From: Azolla caroliniana
Lineage: Eukaryota > Plantae > Polypodiophyta
Reading direction: 5' to 3'
Assembly (NCBI GenBank): GCA_043228905.1
Contig: JBHGNT010000008.1
Coordinates: 9,114,001 to 9,178,000, forward strand
Length of the DNA: 64,000 nucleotides
Position numbers and translations under genes: made by a program. How positions within the stretch are numbered: position 1 is the first letter of the stretch; the number at the start of each line of letters is the position of its first letter. Shown in pieces: positions 1 to 13,368 of the stretch. Below the pieces are notes generated by a model, which was not told the DNA's origin, did not search any database, and worked only from the letters and a program-made list of their open reading frames with translations.

Positions 1-355
1 AGGCCCATGAATCCCTCCTCCTAGAATCTAAGCAAATATCCCCATTGAATGAAGGGGATATTTAGTCTCTCCTTTTTGTAACGGCTTTCTCTCCTTATGT
101 TATAAAAGGAGAGGAAGGGGCACCATTGAAGGGGTTGCCTATTTTGAGTGAGAAGAGGTATACCACTTAGGTTGAGGGTTTCTATTCGGTTTAGGGTTTC
201 TTCATCTCTTTCTTTACTTATCTGATTAGGGTTTACATTCTACTTATGTTTTGAGTCCGGCCCACGCGGCCATGGTTGTAATCGCATTGCGGTTTCCATG
301 CCCATAATATACATAACTTCATAAATCTTGTCTCTTTCTACTTTCTCTACCGTGT
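1..355. mobile_element. Probable LTR fragment, truncated by the window edge
   Basis: TATAAAAGG near 101 followed by TAGGGTTT/CT-rich tracts, resembling the LTR-like pieces at 47131-47422 and 49260-49530. Boundaries are not defined. Confidence 0.3.
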
Positions 356-454
356 TAATCTCTTCCACTTTGCTCATACCCATCTTCCCATCTACTCCCT
401 AGTCCAGGACCCCCATGGTTCCGCCTTATTCTACACACACGCGCGGAAATACGC

Positions 455-2681
455 GACAACATAGGCTTCGCATCCAAATACACAGAGCCTATCGTAGGTT
501 GGTTGTTTGCCTTACCATAGTGCCTATGGCACTTCAAGCGTGATTGCTTTCGATGGCGAAAGATTTACTAGGTATACCGTCGTCTGCAATGACTCGGCCC
601 AGAACTCCAACTTCAGTCCGGCCTGCTGGAGCATTGGCATCACCCTCCCTTGGATCGTTCGGTTGATCTGTTCTGCCACTCCATTGTGCATGGGTGTGTA
701 AGGAACAGTCTTTTGATGTCAGATCCCTTTGTTGGATATGTACTGCTTTAAGGATCTAGAGGTATATTCGCCTCCGTTGCCGGATCGGAGTGTCTTCACT
801 CTATATCCAGAGCTCTACGGGTTGTCATACCATCTCGTAATGAAGAGAGTGTGGACTTCAGGTCTATTTCCCATATCGACAATGCTCGCAGAAGTCCTTC
901 TTTGCTTGGAGTTTAGGGATGTTGCCAACCACCATCAGCCGATCAAGTTCGGCTTGAGACATATGACCGAGTCAGCCATGCCATAAGTTTGGGTCGGTCT
1001 TTTCGGCTACATTCACGACCCCTTCTAGATTGATCGCCATTAATGGGTACAAGTTATTGTACTTGTGTCCACTCCCAATTTTGAGATTTCCCAGATTGAT
1101 CATCCATATTGACTTACTTAGAGTCATTCGGTACCCATCTTCGGCTAACATGCCGATGGAGACCAAACTCCTTTTCAGATCGGGTACATGCATGACTTGG
1201 TGCAAGGTGATCATGTTGCCATTGGGCAATCGGATGGGAACCTCTCCAGTCCCTGCGATTCTGCACCCCTGCCCGTTGCCTAGTTGGACTGTGCTGCTGG
1301 CGTCGGCTAAATAGTTCGAAAACCATTCAATGTTGGGGGTCACGTGGAATGTGGCATCGGAATCTAGTAAGCACCATGTGTGCATCTTGTGCACTCTATA
1401 GGACTTCTCCAATCATGATCGAGTGACGACAACATTGATTTGGTTGCCTATAGGAGAGTGGTCCGAGTCGGGTCGTCCTCAATTCCACGTGGGTCTCCGA
1501 GCACTCTCTTTTTTCTTGATCGACCAGCAATCAAAAACATTGTGGCCGGCTTTTCTGTAGTGAGTGCAAAATTCTGATCGACCCGTTCTCGACTTCAACC
1601 GTTGTCGGTCTCCCCTCGTTTTTTATCATTGGTATTCTGACCAGTTCTGTCGCCTTGTTCTCTCATTCGACTCTATCGGTCGAACAACTCGGTCGAGTGA
1701 TGGGATTCTACCGATTCATCGATGGTGAGTCCCATCGATTTTCACCAAATGTCCTCGGTGAGGACTTGACTGATCATCTCATCTAGATTTAGGATCGGTT
1801 GGCTATTGGCGTATGTCGTGCAAAATACCTTCCAACTCGTCAGCAAGCTCGATAGGAGGGCAAGGGCTTTCACTTCTTCTTCGAAGTTGATCCCTTGTGA
1901 GGAGAGTTCTGACAACACCTGACTTAAGGTGTTGATGTGGGAGGTAGCCGGATCAGACTCTCCAATCTTCATGTTGAACAGTTGTTTGATCAACATCAGT
2001 TTTGAAGATGAGGACTTTTTCTCGTACACAGCTTGTAGTTTTCCCACAGTGAGAACGTTGTCGTCTCTTTTGCCATGCTGAAGTAGACGTTTTCGGCCAG
2101 ATGCATTAGGATGGTGGAGCATGCGATTTCATTTGTAGATCTCCACTCTTCGACGGTCATCGAGGCAAGTTTTTTCATTGTGTTGAATGGCTTTGACTTG
2201 TCTTCTTTGATCAACACGTCCTGCATCATCTCCTTCCAAAGGGCAAAGTTTTTGCCATCGAATTTTCTGATTTCAACTCCTGTTCCGAATGTTGAAGCCA
2301 TATTCTTCTTTGAACGTGAGATTTTACTAACTTGGTCTTTTTCCTTTCAGCCTTTTTCTGTTGTCTGTTGCCGCCGAGTAGCAAGTCGCTCTAATACCAG
2401 TTGTTTGCAGATATGCGTGGAAACGTATGTGAGGACCTGTCGGTTAAACTCAGAAAACAGCGAAGACAGAATGGCAAGAGTATAGACAATAGATATGCAT
2501 AGTTGAAGCTTTGTTATTACGTTCTCTCTCTCTCTCTCTCTCTCTCTATGAAACTATGTACAAGAACAATCAAGTGTTCTTACTTACAACGTTAAGTTGT
2601 CGCTTATATACAAAGCCCTAACTCTTTGGATGAGTTCACACTAGGATACAAGGTGGAAGGAGTCGGCTTTTTATGCCAACA
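455..2681 (-). mobile_element. Degenerate Ty1/copia element (family A): 5' LTR 2402-2681, PBS, gag, protease, integrase; 3' part lost
   Basis: The LTR reads TG...CA. The Met-i-type PBS TGGTATTAGAGC is at 2388-2399 (minus). Broken ORFs give KFDGKNFALWK (gag), WCLLDSDATFHVT (protease) and LWHG/integrase-core remnants, with stops and frameshifts. Confidence 0.85.
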
Positions 2682-3911
2682 CTCTTTACATTCTCTTACT
2701 ACACCTACCTCTTGGGAAAGAGGAGGGAACAAGTAACTACCTACTAACTATGTGTCATAGAAGTTATGTCTTATGACACATTAGTTATGTTACATAGTGG
2801 TGGTGGTGTGTCCACACACTTGTAGTCTTAGGATAGTTCACACCATAGGGAAGTTGAGTTTGATTCTCAACATGCACCTTCAAACTCAGTTACTCATGTT
2901 TGCATGAAAGGCAGCTTTCTTCTTGTCGGTTTTCGTCTTGTTGGTATCCTGGTCAGCTTCATAATTGGCTCCAGCTTCGGTAGTGAGGTTTTGATTGTGA
3001 AACTTCGGCTATAATAGCCGAATCCTTCTATTTTTGGCTCAGTTTCCCCTCAAGATCGCAAGTTAGAGGTCAAAAGACCAAGGTCCAACGTGAATTTCCA
3101 AAGCTTGTCGACTCCCAGAGCCTTCGTGAAGATGTTGTTCGTCTGAAGGCTCGTGCTAATATGTTGTAGGTCTACATCTCTAGCCAGGACACATTCTCGG
3201 ATAAAGTGGTAATGTACCTTGATGTGCTTAGTCCAAACGTGGTAGACCAGGTTGCAAGCAAGGTGTATGTTGTTGAGATTGTTGCAGTATAGGAGGATTG
3301 GATCAACAATGGAGATGTTCAGATCCTTCAATATCCTCTTAAGAAAAATGACTTCACATGCGGCAACAGTCATGACCCTATATTCGGCCTTTGTGCTCGA
3401 CAATGTGACTGCCGGATGTTTCTTACTGCTCCATTAAATTTCTCTACTATTGAGGGAGAAGATGAATCTGGAGGTTGATCGTATGTCAGCTTTGTAGTCG
3501 GCCTAGTCGCCATATGTATGCCCGTCGAGTCAAATCGGCATTGCCTATTTGTAGAAAATGTTGAAGTTCATAGTACCACTTACATACCTTAGCGCTCGCT
3601 TGGCACAATCCAAATGGATGTCGCGAGGTGTCTGCATGAATTGGCTAAGGAGGTCGACCGGATAACTGAGGTCAGGTCATGTAATGGTAAGATAGATTAG
3701 ACTACTAAGTAGTTGTTGATAGTGAGTCCACTCACACTCTTCTGTGCCGGATTCGGCATCTAGCTTCAAGTTTCGATCCAAAGGGGTTGCCATAGATTTG
3801 CAATCAAGTAAGTTTAGAATGTAGAGTGTCATTTGGAGATTATGATGTCATTCAGGGTATGAATTACTTCTATACCGAGGAAGTAATGAAGCTCCTTCAT
3901 ATACTTCATTT
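2682..3911 (-). mobile_element. Ty1/copia family B 3' fragment: RT/RNase H, decayed PPT, partial 3' LTR (2682-2872)
   Basis: ORF 3050-3403 has SSTKAEY...KHIKVHYHFIRE (copia RNase H). The LTR start TGTTGAGAATCAAACTCAAC matches the LTR beginning at 57048. Confidence 0.8.
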
Positions 3912-4644
3912 TGTTGGCATAAAAGGCTGACTCCTTCTATCTTGTATCCATAGTGTGAACACGTCCTTAAGCTAGGGATTGAGTGTATAGGCTCAACCCT
4001 AACATTGTAAAGAGAGATCTTTGAGTGTAAGAGTTACAGAGAGAAAGAAGAAGAAGAACTTCCATTGAAGCTCAAATTTGAGTCTATTTTCTGTTTTCTC
4101 CTTGTATCACGCATCTGTGTTGTTTGATGTGCATAGCTCGACAAGTCCTCACACATTCTTCCACGTATCTACATATACACCCACTTAGAACAACAAGTGG
4201 TATCAGAGCGACCTTGTTGTTCAGCAGCAACGAAACGCAGAAAAGGTTGAAAGAAAAGACCATGCCAACAACATCCATCTTCCAGAAAAATGGCGACACA
4301 ATCAGGCACAAATGTGGAAATTCAAAAGTTCGATGGAAAGAACATTCTCTTTGTGGGAGAAGTTACAGGATGTATATGAGAAGAAGTCCTCCTCTTTAAA
4401 ATTGATACTTATTCGACAATTATTCAACATGAAGATGAGAGAGATGGATCCACAAACCTCCCACATCAACACCTTCAATTGGGTGTTGTCTGAAATCTCC
4501 TCTCAAGGGATCAACTTTGAAGAAGAAGTTAACGCCCTTGCCCTCCTTTCAAGCTTGCTGGAGAGTTGGGAGGTATTCAGCACGACTTTCGCCAATAGTT
4601 GCCCTAGGCTAAACCTGGACGAGACAATCAGCCTTGCTTCTTGA
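3912..4644 (+). mobile_element. Second copia family A copy: 5' LTR 3912-4195, PBS 4198-4209, truncated gag
   Basis: The LTR is the reverse-complement homologue of 2402-2681. PBS is TGGTATCAGAGC. The gag peptide YEKKSSSLKLILIRQLFNMKM is shared with 1742-2122. Confidence 0.85.
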
Positions 4645-4649
4645 CCATC

Positions 4650-6050
4650 AAACCCCCATCAACATCCAAAATCTTGAGCATATTCACACTTTCAATGTGT
4701 AGGGGTGTGATGATCATATCCCATAGTGACCTAATCCTTGTGGGTAATTGAACTTTTATCTTCTTGCAATGAAAGGATATTTGTCCTTGCTATCAATTGT
4801 GCTTTTTGTGGACCATTTGAAGTGGTGGCCCATGAGGAAATATTATGCTCTAACTTGTGTGAGATGTATGAAAACCTTTGAAATATGGCATGAGTAATTG
4901 TAATTTGTTAGTATGCATTAGCAATTCTTTCAGAAGGCAATGTCTACCATGTGAATCCAAAACTAGCCCTTTTCCAAGATTTTGGGCCAAGCCTTTGAAA
5001 TGCCTACTTGCTAACAATGTTAACTCAGGATCCACAATCCATGACCACCTCTCATACATCATAGTTTATTTGTGAGTTGTGGAAAAATGAGTGCCCATCA
5101 ATTATGGGAGGTTGAGTCACTAGATTGATGAATGACACCATTGGTTGGGGTATGGAGGTTGTGGATAGTGTAGTGAGTGATCTAAAATATCATGAAATAG
5201 TGGCATGAGTACGAGGTTGAATTACAATATTTAAACCATTGTAATAGTTAGCAAAATAAGGAACATATTTTATGACTTTTAGGGGTGATTAGATTATGTC
5301 ATGATCGGCATGCAAATTTTCTATGTATCAAGTGTGATCTTCTCATTCATAGCACCACAATTGCTCATGATCATGGTCATGGTTGACACGATTATTTTAA
5401 AACTACCAACCATCATCATAAATGCAGTCCTCATTGTAATCTTGCGAATCGCCTCAAGAGTACTCTTAGTTGGTCTCATATATCACAATCATCACACATG
5501 TGACAATGATAGTATCAATTGTAACTTAGGGGAAATCAACTATCAAGTTGATCATCGCACAAGGTATGGGTGCTACAAAAGAATCATGGATAAGATCTAC
5601 ACACTATATGCATCTTTCAAAGGTATGCAATCAAGGGTGGTGGAGAGTGTAGTTGGGTGCTCAATGTTTGATATTTAGGTAGAGCATACCCTTGCATTGC
5701 ATTATGGAAATGACTTCATCATTTGTCTGCAATGCATGGTGAAGGCTAGTCATGATGAGGGCAATACTAGTCTAAGATCCATCTAGCCAAAAGCTTTAAA
5801 GTTTGTGATCAAGAAATTGAGCATGCCAACTATTGTGTCCAACTACTCTAAAGCATTGAAAGAGATAAATTCCCATGCATATACTAGCTCACTGCCCTTT
5901 TTTCTCCAACCTTCGAAATTGTTCTCATGTTTTGTTTGGCACATGGTATGAAGGACCTCTAAACCAATGATGGGTTCTTGCCATAAAGGAGTGTACAAAA
6001 GAATAAAATTTAAAATTACCCAACGTTCTTCATAGAAGATGTAATTCTTT
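4650..6050 (-). mobile_element. Possible highly decayed retroelement gag/protease remnant
   Basis: Only short broken peptides (IVDPG-like protease motif near 5030). No termini found. Confidence 0.25.
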
Positions 6051-6800
6051 GTAATATTTGAATATCATACTTCCTAATTATGAATCAATATTTATACAAA
6101 TAAAATAACAACTACATGTTAAAAAATATTTTTCTCAATAAATAAGATTGGGATGGATCTTAAGGTTAAAGGATGTGTGCCAAGTAGTGGTTCATGTTGA
6201 GCCTTAGAGTACATGGGAAACACTGAGGGGCACATCATCATTAGTTAAAAGGAGAGGTAAAAGCTTCACTATTAACATGTTTTTCACGTGTTGCCAATGC
6301 TAGAACAAGGGGCTAAAGGATGGGTAAAATAGATAATGATAGCCAAATATGATCATACCCAAGAGGTGTATAAAACCTACTTTGTACAATCTTCAAGGTC
6401 ATGATTTCCTTGTGTAGCACTAATATCAGTTTTGCACAATTACCAAGCCAATCTTCAACGTATGATTGAATCTTAAACTTGACAATTTATTTTCTATGAC
6501 AATTTATTTTACTCAATGCTCAAAAATACCCCTCACATAATATACTTGCAATCAATTTAACATTCATTTACACCATTGCTTCCATATGGTTTAGACTCTA
6601 GAGCACATTCTCTTCACTTTCATATAAGGTAATGAAGCATGAGTGGCGAGACTTGTCAAATTCACTATGCATATTTTCCCCCGAGTGACTATCAATCTGG
6701 ACATATGTAAACAGTGTCGTATGCAGAAGCTTATGAACAACACAGTCAACTCAGCCACAATTATGTAAAACATAGAGGAAAGCAGAAATACAATAAGGGG

Positions 6801-6836
<36 letters not shown>

Positions 6837-8338
6837 AAATTAACTTAGATTCAAAAAAATAACATGCTCTGTATGCACGTGTGCTTTATGAGAATTTTTA
6901 TACAAGCCTTGACAGCAGGCTGACACAAGTGTTGTCAATACTTGAATGCTCATAAAGAGCCTACGACACTAACTCCCTAAAATATTCCTAATATTAAGAA
7001 TAGGAATATAGGCTCCAATGGCCTATCAGCCTTATCCTAGGCTACCCTAGTTGTCAGCGTATTCATCCGACTGGCCTACCGACCTTTAGCCATTCCTACT
7101 CATGTTGAGCTTGTCTCTCAACTCAACACTCCCCCTCAAGCTCAACTTGAGCTTCCTCCTGATCTGCCAATTCTTCGCTCCGGCTTCTCCTGGTTTCACG
7201 CTTCCTTGATCGCACTCCATGACCCGTGCGGTCTCGCGCTCCTCGATCTCTTTGGTCAGCATGTCTTCTACTTAGGCCCTTGTCAGTTCCCTTATTGTTG
7301 CGGCATAGACGCTCCTCAACCTATCGGCTCCTCCATCTCAACGTCGTCTTTAGTCCCGGGGACTCCACAATACATAAGAAGGTTGTATCACGTGCGTTCA
7401 TGACATCATTTATAAACCCCTTATACGTATGGTTTTTACTATTTTAGTAACCCTTCTGTAGAAAAAATATTAATAAAAATACCCCTTATTACCAATATAT
7501 TTTTTGATAACCACCCATTTTAAATACCCTTACATATAAAATATACATGCACACATAGGTTGCAATCCTAGAAGGGATCAATGACCATCTTTACAATTGA
7601 TGACTCGCAAAATTATGAATCGACATTAAACATCATATGCAAATTCCTAGAAATGCTTCATTAAGTGCCACATAGATTGAAAACACAATGTGTAGTACAA
7701 AGTAATGTACACACAATTAGGAAACATTACCCAAAAACACTACAGGTATAACATATACAAGCCACATATAAGTTTTTGTTTTTAGTTTATTGAGACGTAT
7801 GAAGAACATTGAGCAATAAAAAACAATGTAATTTACAATAAAACAATCTTGAACTTAACACATACATCTCAAAGAGCACATATGGAACAATCCAAAATGC
7901 ATTTCAATAATGAAATTACTAACAATTCAACATTAGGTTTGGTTTCATGGATATAGACTCATATAAAGCCATAATATTATTTTTTCTCAAACACATTGAT
8001 CAAACAAATGGCAACCTACTTCATATTTCCATTTGAAATGTAAGACATCATCTATTCACATACTCTTACCCAAATCAAAATGAAATAAAATAAATCATTT
8101 TGTTATTGCAATATCTACTTAAAAAACTTATTACAATAAAGGTTACCCTTATAAAGACTAAGTATATAAAAAGAAAACCCTAAGAAGTTCATTTTAGGCT
8201 GTAAATTTCATGTCGTTTCCATCTTCAACATTGGACCTATATCATAAAATGTAACAACAAAAGCAAGAAATCTTAATATACATGGAAGTAAAGAAATTAG
8301 AAAATATATTTGGAATACCGTAGGTTTATATTTGGTTT

Positions 8339-10612
8339 CTACTCTTTTCTCCTTTTCCTGTTAAAATAAAAAGCATAAATATTAAGTTACTTTAATATAT
8401 ATTATATATGTACATGTATGCAAGTATATAATTCAAAACAGCTTATATATACATACCTGGATTTCATTTCCAAAAGAAAATCGTTGAAAACTTTACAATC
8501 GCTTTCATCTAACAGATAGTTATCACATTTTGCATTATATGTGAGGTTCGTTAATCCAATAATTGACTCAAAGTCAACCATTTTAATATCTGTCAAATCA
8601 TATGCAAATAATCTACTCCCCTTAATCTTCCTATACCAACCAAGTTGTAATTGAACATCTTCAAGCCTATCCATCAAGTCAATTCCTCTCTTATACTCCA
8701 CAAATTTATTTCCAATCTTTCTTCGCATCCTTTGTACTCGTCCTAAGTACCAAACAACATTTTTATTTGATATTCCTTTTCTTTTCAGTCTTGTTGAATT
8801 AACATCTTCTTTAGTAAAGAATACAGCACAATCTGAACCAATCCCAATTAGGTTCCCATTTCCATTTAGGAAATCATTTGCATTCTCACATGAGTAGAAG
8901 ACGCATTCTCTTACACATGTGAGTCTATCCTTTGACAATGTTGGATTACCATTTAGATGACTCACAAGTGTCGATTTAAATATAATCTTATCATCCACTT
9001 GAACAAATGAAGAGACTTTAGAGTTCACATTGTTGTCATCCAATATAGCATCCAATTCACGGCGAATTTCACTTATTACAATCTCATCATCATTCTCCAC
9101 ACATTCATGCATTGTGAAGTTTTTATTGTGTTCAGCACATTCTTCATCATCTTTCTCTCCATATATATAACTCAAGGATTGTTTTGTCTCAATCCCGGGA
9201 TAATTCCACCATTGCCCATTGTGTTTAGGCTTCATATTTAACGACTCACATAAAATTTGGGCTTCTTTTAAACCTTCTTTAAGTGCAAAAACAAGTTGAT
9301 CATCATTTGAGATATCAATGTAGTTTTTTAAGTTTGCAAGAGGCTTGTCATGCATGAAATTGAGTTTAGACCATATTGATTCTTGCTTCTTATGAGATCT
9401 TGGAAAAACTAATCCATTATCAATGCACTCAAATTTGGCAAGCTTGTTTACATTTCCACTACAATGCAAAACATCTGGTATATCAAACGCACGCTCCATA
9501 CCAATCATTCCCCCTATTTTACTAAAAAATATCTCAGCTCCATCAGACCCTGTGAGATGCAATGGACATTCTAGTTGTGGATAAAAGTCATGAAACATTT
9601 TTATAAGTAAAACTACAAAGTGACAAGATATTTGTACATCCAAAAATGTTTCTCGACTAATGAAATTACTTTTTAAGTTATAAATTGGATTATCTAGACT
9701 CCATAATCTCCATATTTGAAAGAAGAATGCAACTTTAGATGCAAGTACCACACGCTTGAATAAGCTCTCATGAGGGGATAGAAAAATATCAATATAGTCA
9801 CCTAATATATGCAAGTATACATGTGTTCCCAAAGCGCCTCTTTCTCTTACTTTGACACCTTCTCCACCTTGGTATAACATCTTTAAACAATTAGTAACAT
9901 TTCTACTTGCAATTCTTTGAGCTCCAACCCAATTTTGTCTATCTTCTCTCGTAATATCACATTCCCTTAAGCCATGTGCATCAATAGAGAAGTTATTATA
10001 TACCAAAGACACATGATTCAATGTGATCCATACATCCCCAATTACTAATTGTCTTGAGGGATTATCTAGTGCATTCACAAGTTTCTTTCCATTATGGATG
10101 AAATCTTGATCATGAAGACAACTTACCATATTATTATGCATTTGACCTGTGAAGATCCAACCATCCCAAGGCAATTTATATCTTAAGCATATGCTTGGGG
10201 TTAAGTAATCTTGAAGCATAATCTTTCTTCTCCTGCTATCTCCATCAGATGCATGTCCAACAATTGGCCCAATACTTGTGGAGAGGTGTTTTTCCCATAA
10301 AGTTTCCACTTCATTCCATTGGCATTTTACAAAATCTGTATCAAAGCAATTACATGTACATTGTACAACCAATACTAATCGTGGAAGTTTAGGGTGAAGA
10401 GGATTCGCAATTAACACCCTAGCATAGTGTCCAACCACATAGTCTTTAAAGGAGCTAACAATGGTTTCATAACCAACATTAGAGTCACCCACCTTTATCA
10501 TACATGATGAGACACATTGATGATTGGATGACTTCAGCCCACAAAAACCCAAAAGTAAATCATTTGAGCTATCCCACTTAACATTCCGCTTAATCACAGT
10601 CCCATCCTCAAC
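8339..10612 (-). CDS. P-element/THAP9-like DDE transposase, N-terminally truncated; exons about 10612-8457 and 8357-8339
   Basis: About 720 uninterrupted codons with EDGT (D at 10604-10606), ASDGD (10244-10246), DFIHNGK (DxxH, 10094-10105), DRQN and SDGAEIFFSKI (E at 9533-9535). Order and spacing match my recollection of P transposase motifs. A GT-AG intron at 8456-8358 gives the C-terminus KSRKRRKE*. Confidence 0.75.
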
Positions 10613-10912
10613 AATATGTTTGTGTGTGTGTATGTATGTTCCATACAACATATATATGTGTCCATATGTGTATGTATATTCTACACGTGTGCGTATGTGT
10701 GTGTGTTTATGTATGTATGTGTGCACATATTGTATTGTATGTATGTGTTATTGTGTAAATGTGTATGTATGTAAGTGTATATATGTGTATATAGGTATGT
10801 GTGTATGTATGTTCCATACAACATATATGTGTGTGTTGTGTGTTATGTTTGTGTGTGTGTATGTATGTTCCATACAACATATATGTGTGTCCATATGTGT
10901 ATGTATATTCTA

Positions 10913-10961
<49 letters not shown>

Positions 10962-12084
10962 ATGTATGTATGTGTTATATGTGTAAATGTGTATGTATGT
11001 ATGTGTTATATGTGTAAATGTGTATGTATGTAAGTGTATATAGGTATGTGTGTATGTATGTTCCATACAACATATATGTGTGTACATGTGTGTATGTATA
11101 TGTATTCTACACATGTGTGTGTGTGTTTATGTATGTATTGTTTGTATTCCATGTGTATGTATGTATGTGTTATATGTGTAAATGTGTATGTATGTGTATA
11201 TAGGTATGTGTGTATATATGTACATATTGTATTGTAATGTATTAATTTCATTTATTGTATGTATGGCCCGTGTGTGTGTGTGTGTGTGTTTATGTATGTA
11301 TGTATGTATGTATGTATGTACGTGTGTGTGTGTGGCTAAGAATTTATGTGTTGGTTTATGTTTGTACTTATGTGTACCTATAAAATATTTGTAGAGTAGT
11401 TGTGGCAGCCCCAACAAAGAATAATGGTGAGCAAAAGCGGCACGACAAGGCGAGCGGTGGCGGCGGCGGCGGCGGCAAAACGAGAACAGAGGCGGCGGCA
11501 AAACGAGGACAAAAAGAAGGGGAGAAGAAGCAATCGCAGAAATGAGCAGAGAAGAGGAGGGAGCAAAGGAGGAGGCGGCAAATATCTAAATAAAAAAACA
11601 TGAATGTTTGAATGTATGTTTAGTATGAATGTATGTTATGTATGTATGTGCACATAATGTATGCTTGAATGAATGAATGAATGAATATATATATATATAT
11701 ATATATATATGTAATGTATGAATAAAATATGTATGCTTCAATGAATAAACATGAATGAATGTACATATGTAATATGTAATGTATGTATATTTGTATGTGT
11801 GTGTGTGGGTGTGGATATTTGTTTGTAATATGTATGTATGTGTATGTACATGTAGCAATGTATAAAAGATTGTATGTATGTGTATGCATATATGCATATG
11901 CAAATGTACATGATTCAATGTGTATGGATATGTGATTGTAATATGTGCATAATATCTATGTATATATATGTGTATGTATATGTAGCAATGTATAAATGAA
12001 TATATGTATGTCCATGTACGAATGTACATATGTGTATGCTTATATCCATATGTAATGTGTGTGTATGTATAGAAGACTATATGT

Positions 12085-12128
<44 letters not shown>

Positions 12129-12147
12129 GTATGTGTGTATATATCTA

Positions 12148-12180
<33 letters not shown>

Positions 12181-13328
12181 TGTATGTATGTATGTATGTG
12201 TATGTACATGTAGCAATATATAAAAGACTATATGTATGTCCATGTACAAATGTATATATGTGTATGCATATATGCATATGCAAATGTACATGATTCAATG
12301 TGTATTGATGTGTGATTGTAATATATGCACAATATCTATGTAGATATCTGATGTATATATGTGTATGTATGTGTAACAATGTATAAATGAAGATATGTAT
12401 GTCCATATACGAATGTACATATGTGTATGCATATATCCATATCTAATGTATGTATGTATACATACACGTATGTATGTATGTGTATTATGCATATATCCAT
12501 ATGACAATGTACATGATTCAATGTGTATGGATGTGTGATTGTAATATTTATGTATATATCTAATTTATGTATATGTAGACAGTAGCAATATATAAATGAA
12601 TATAGGTATGTCCATGTATGAATGTACATACGTGTATGCATATATATGACAATGTACATGATTCAATGTATATGAATGTGATTGTAATATATGCATATGC
12701 AATGTATGTATGTAGATACATGAATGTACATGTATGCATGTACATATGTATATATATGTAATATGCAATGCATGTATGTTTGTATGTGTAATAGTGTACT
12801 ATGCATACATGAGTGTGTTCATAATATTTATGTATGTGTAAGCATACATGTATGTATTGTAGTTTGTGATGAAATGTATGTATGTATGTGTATGTAACAT
12901 ATTTATGTGTATGCATGCATGTAATGTATGTATATATGTGTATGGATGTATGTTTGTAAAACTTTTAACATTGTAGGCATATGTACATATATATATGGTG
13001 ATATGTGGAATATGTATGTACATATGTAATGTATGTATGTGTATGCATATATGTATATGTCAATATACATGATTTAATGAGTATGAATATGTTTGTAATA
13101 TGTGCATATATATCTAATGTATGTATGTATGTGTGTGTATGTGGTCATATATATGTAAATGTATGAATGTATGTACGTGTATATATGTAATGTATTTATG
13201 TATCTATATTTTTGGGACATTTTCATGTTTAGTACATATGTATATGGCTCGTATATGGATGTATGTTTGTAATATGTACGTAATATGCATGTATATATCC
13301 AATGTATGTGTAAGTATACATATATCTA

Positions 13329-13368
<40 letters not shown>

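Noticed and set aside
2402-2872. A single LTR shared by two tandem elements (PPT on one side, PBS on the other)
   Set aside because: Comparison with 3912-4195 and 57048 onward shows two different LTRs abutting at 2681/2682.
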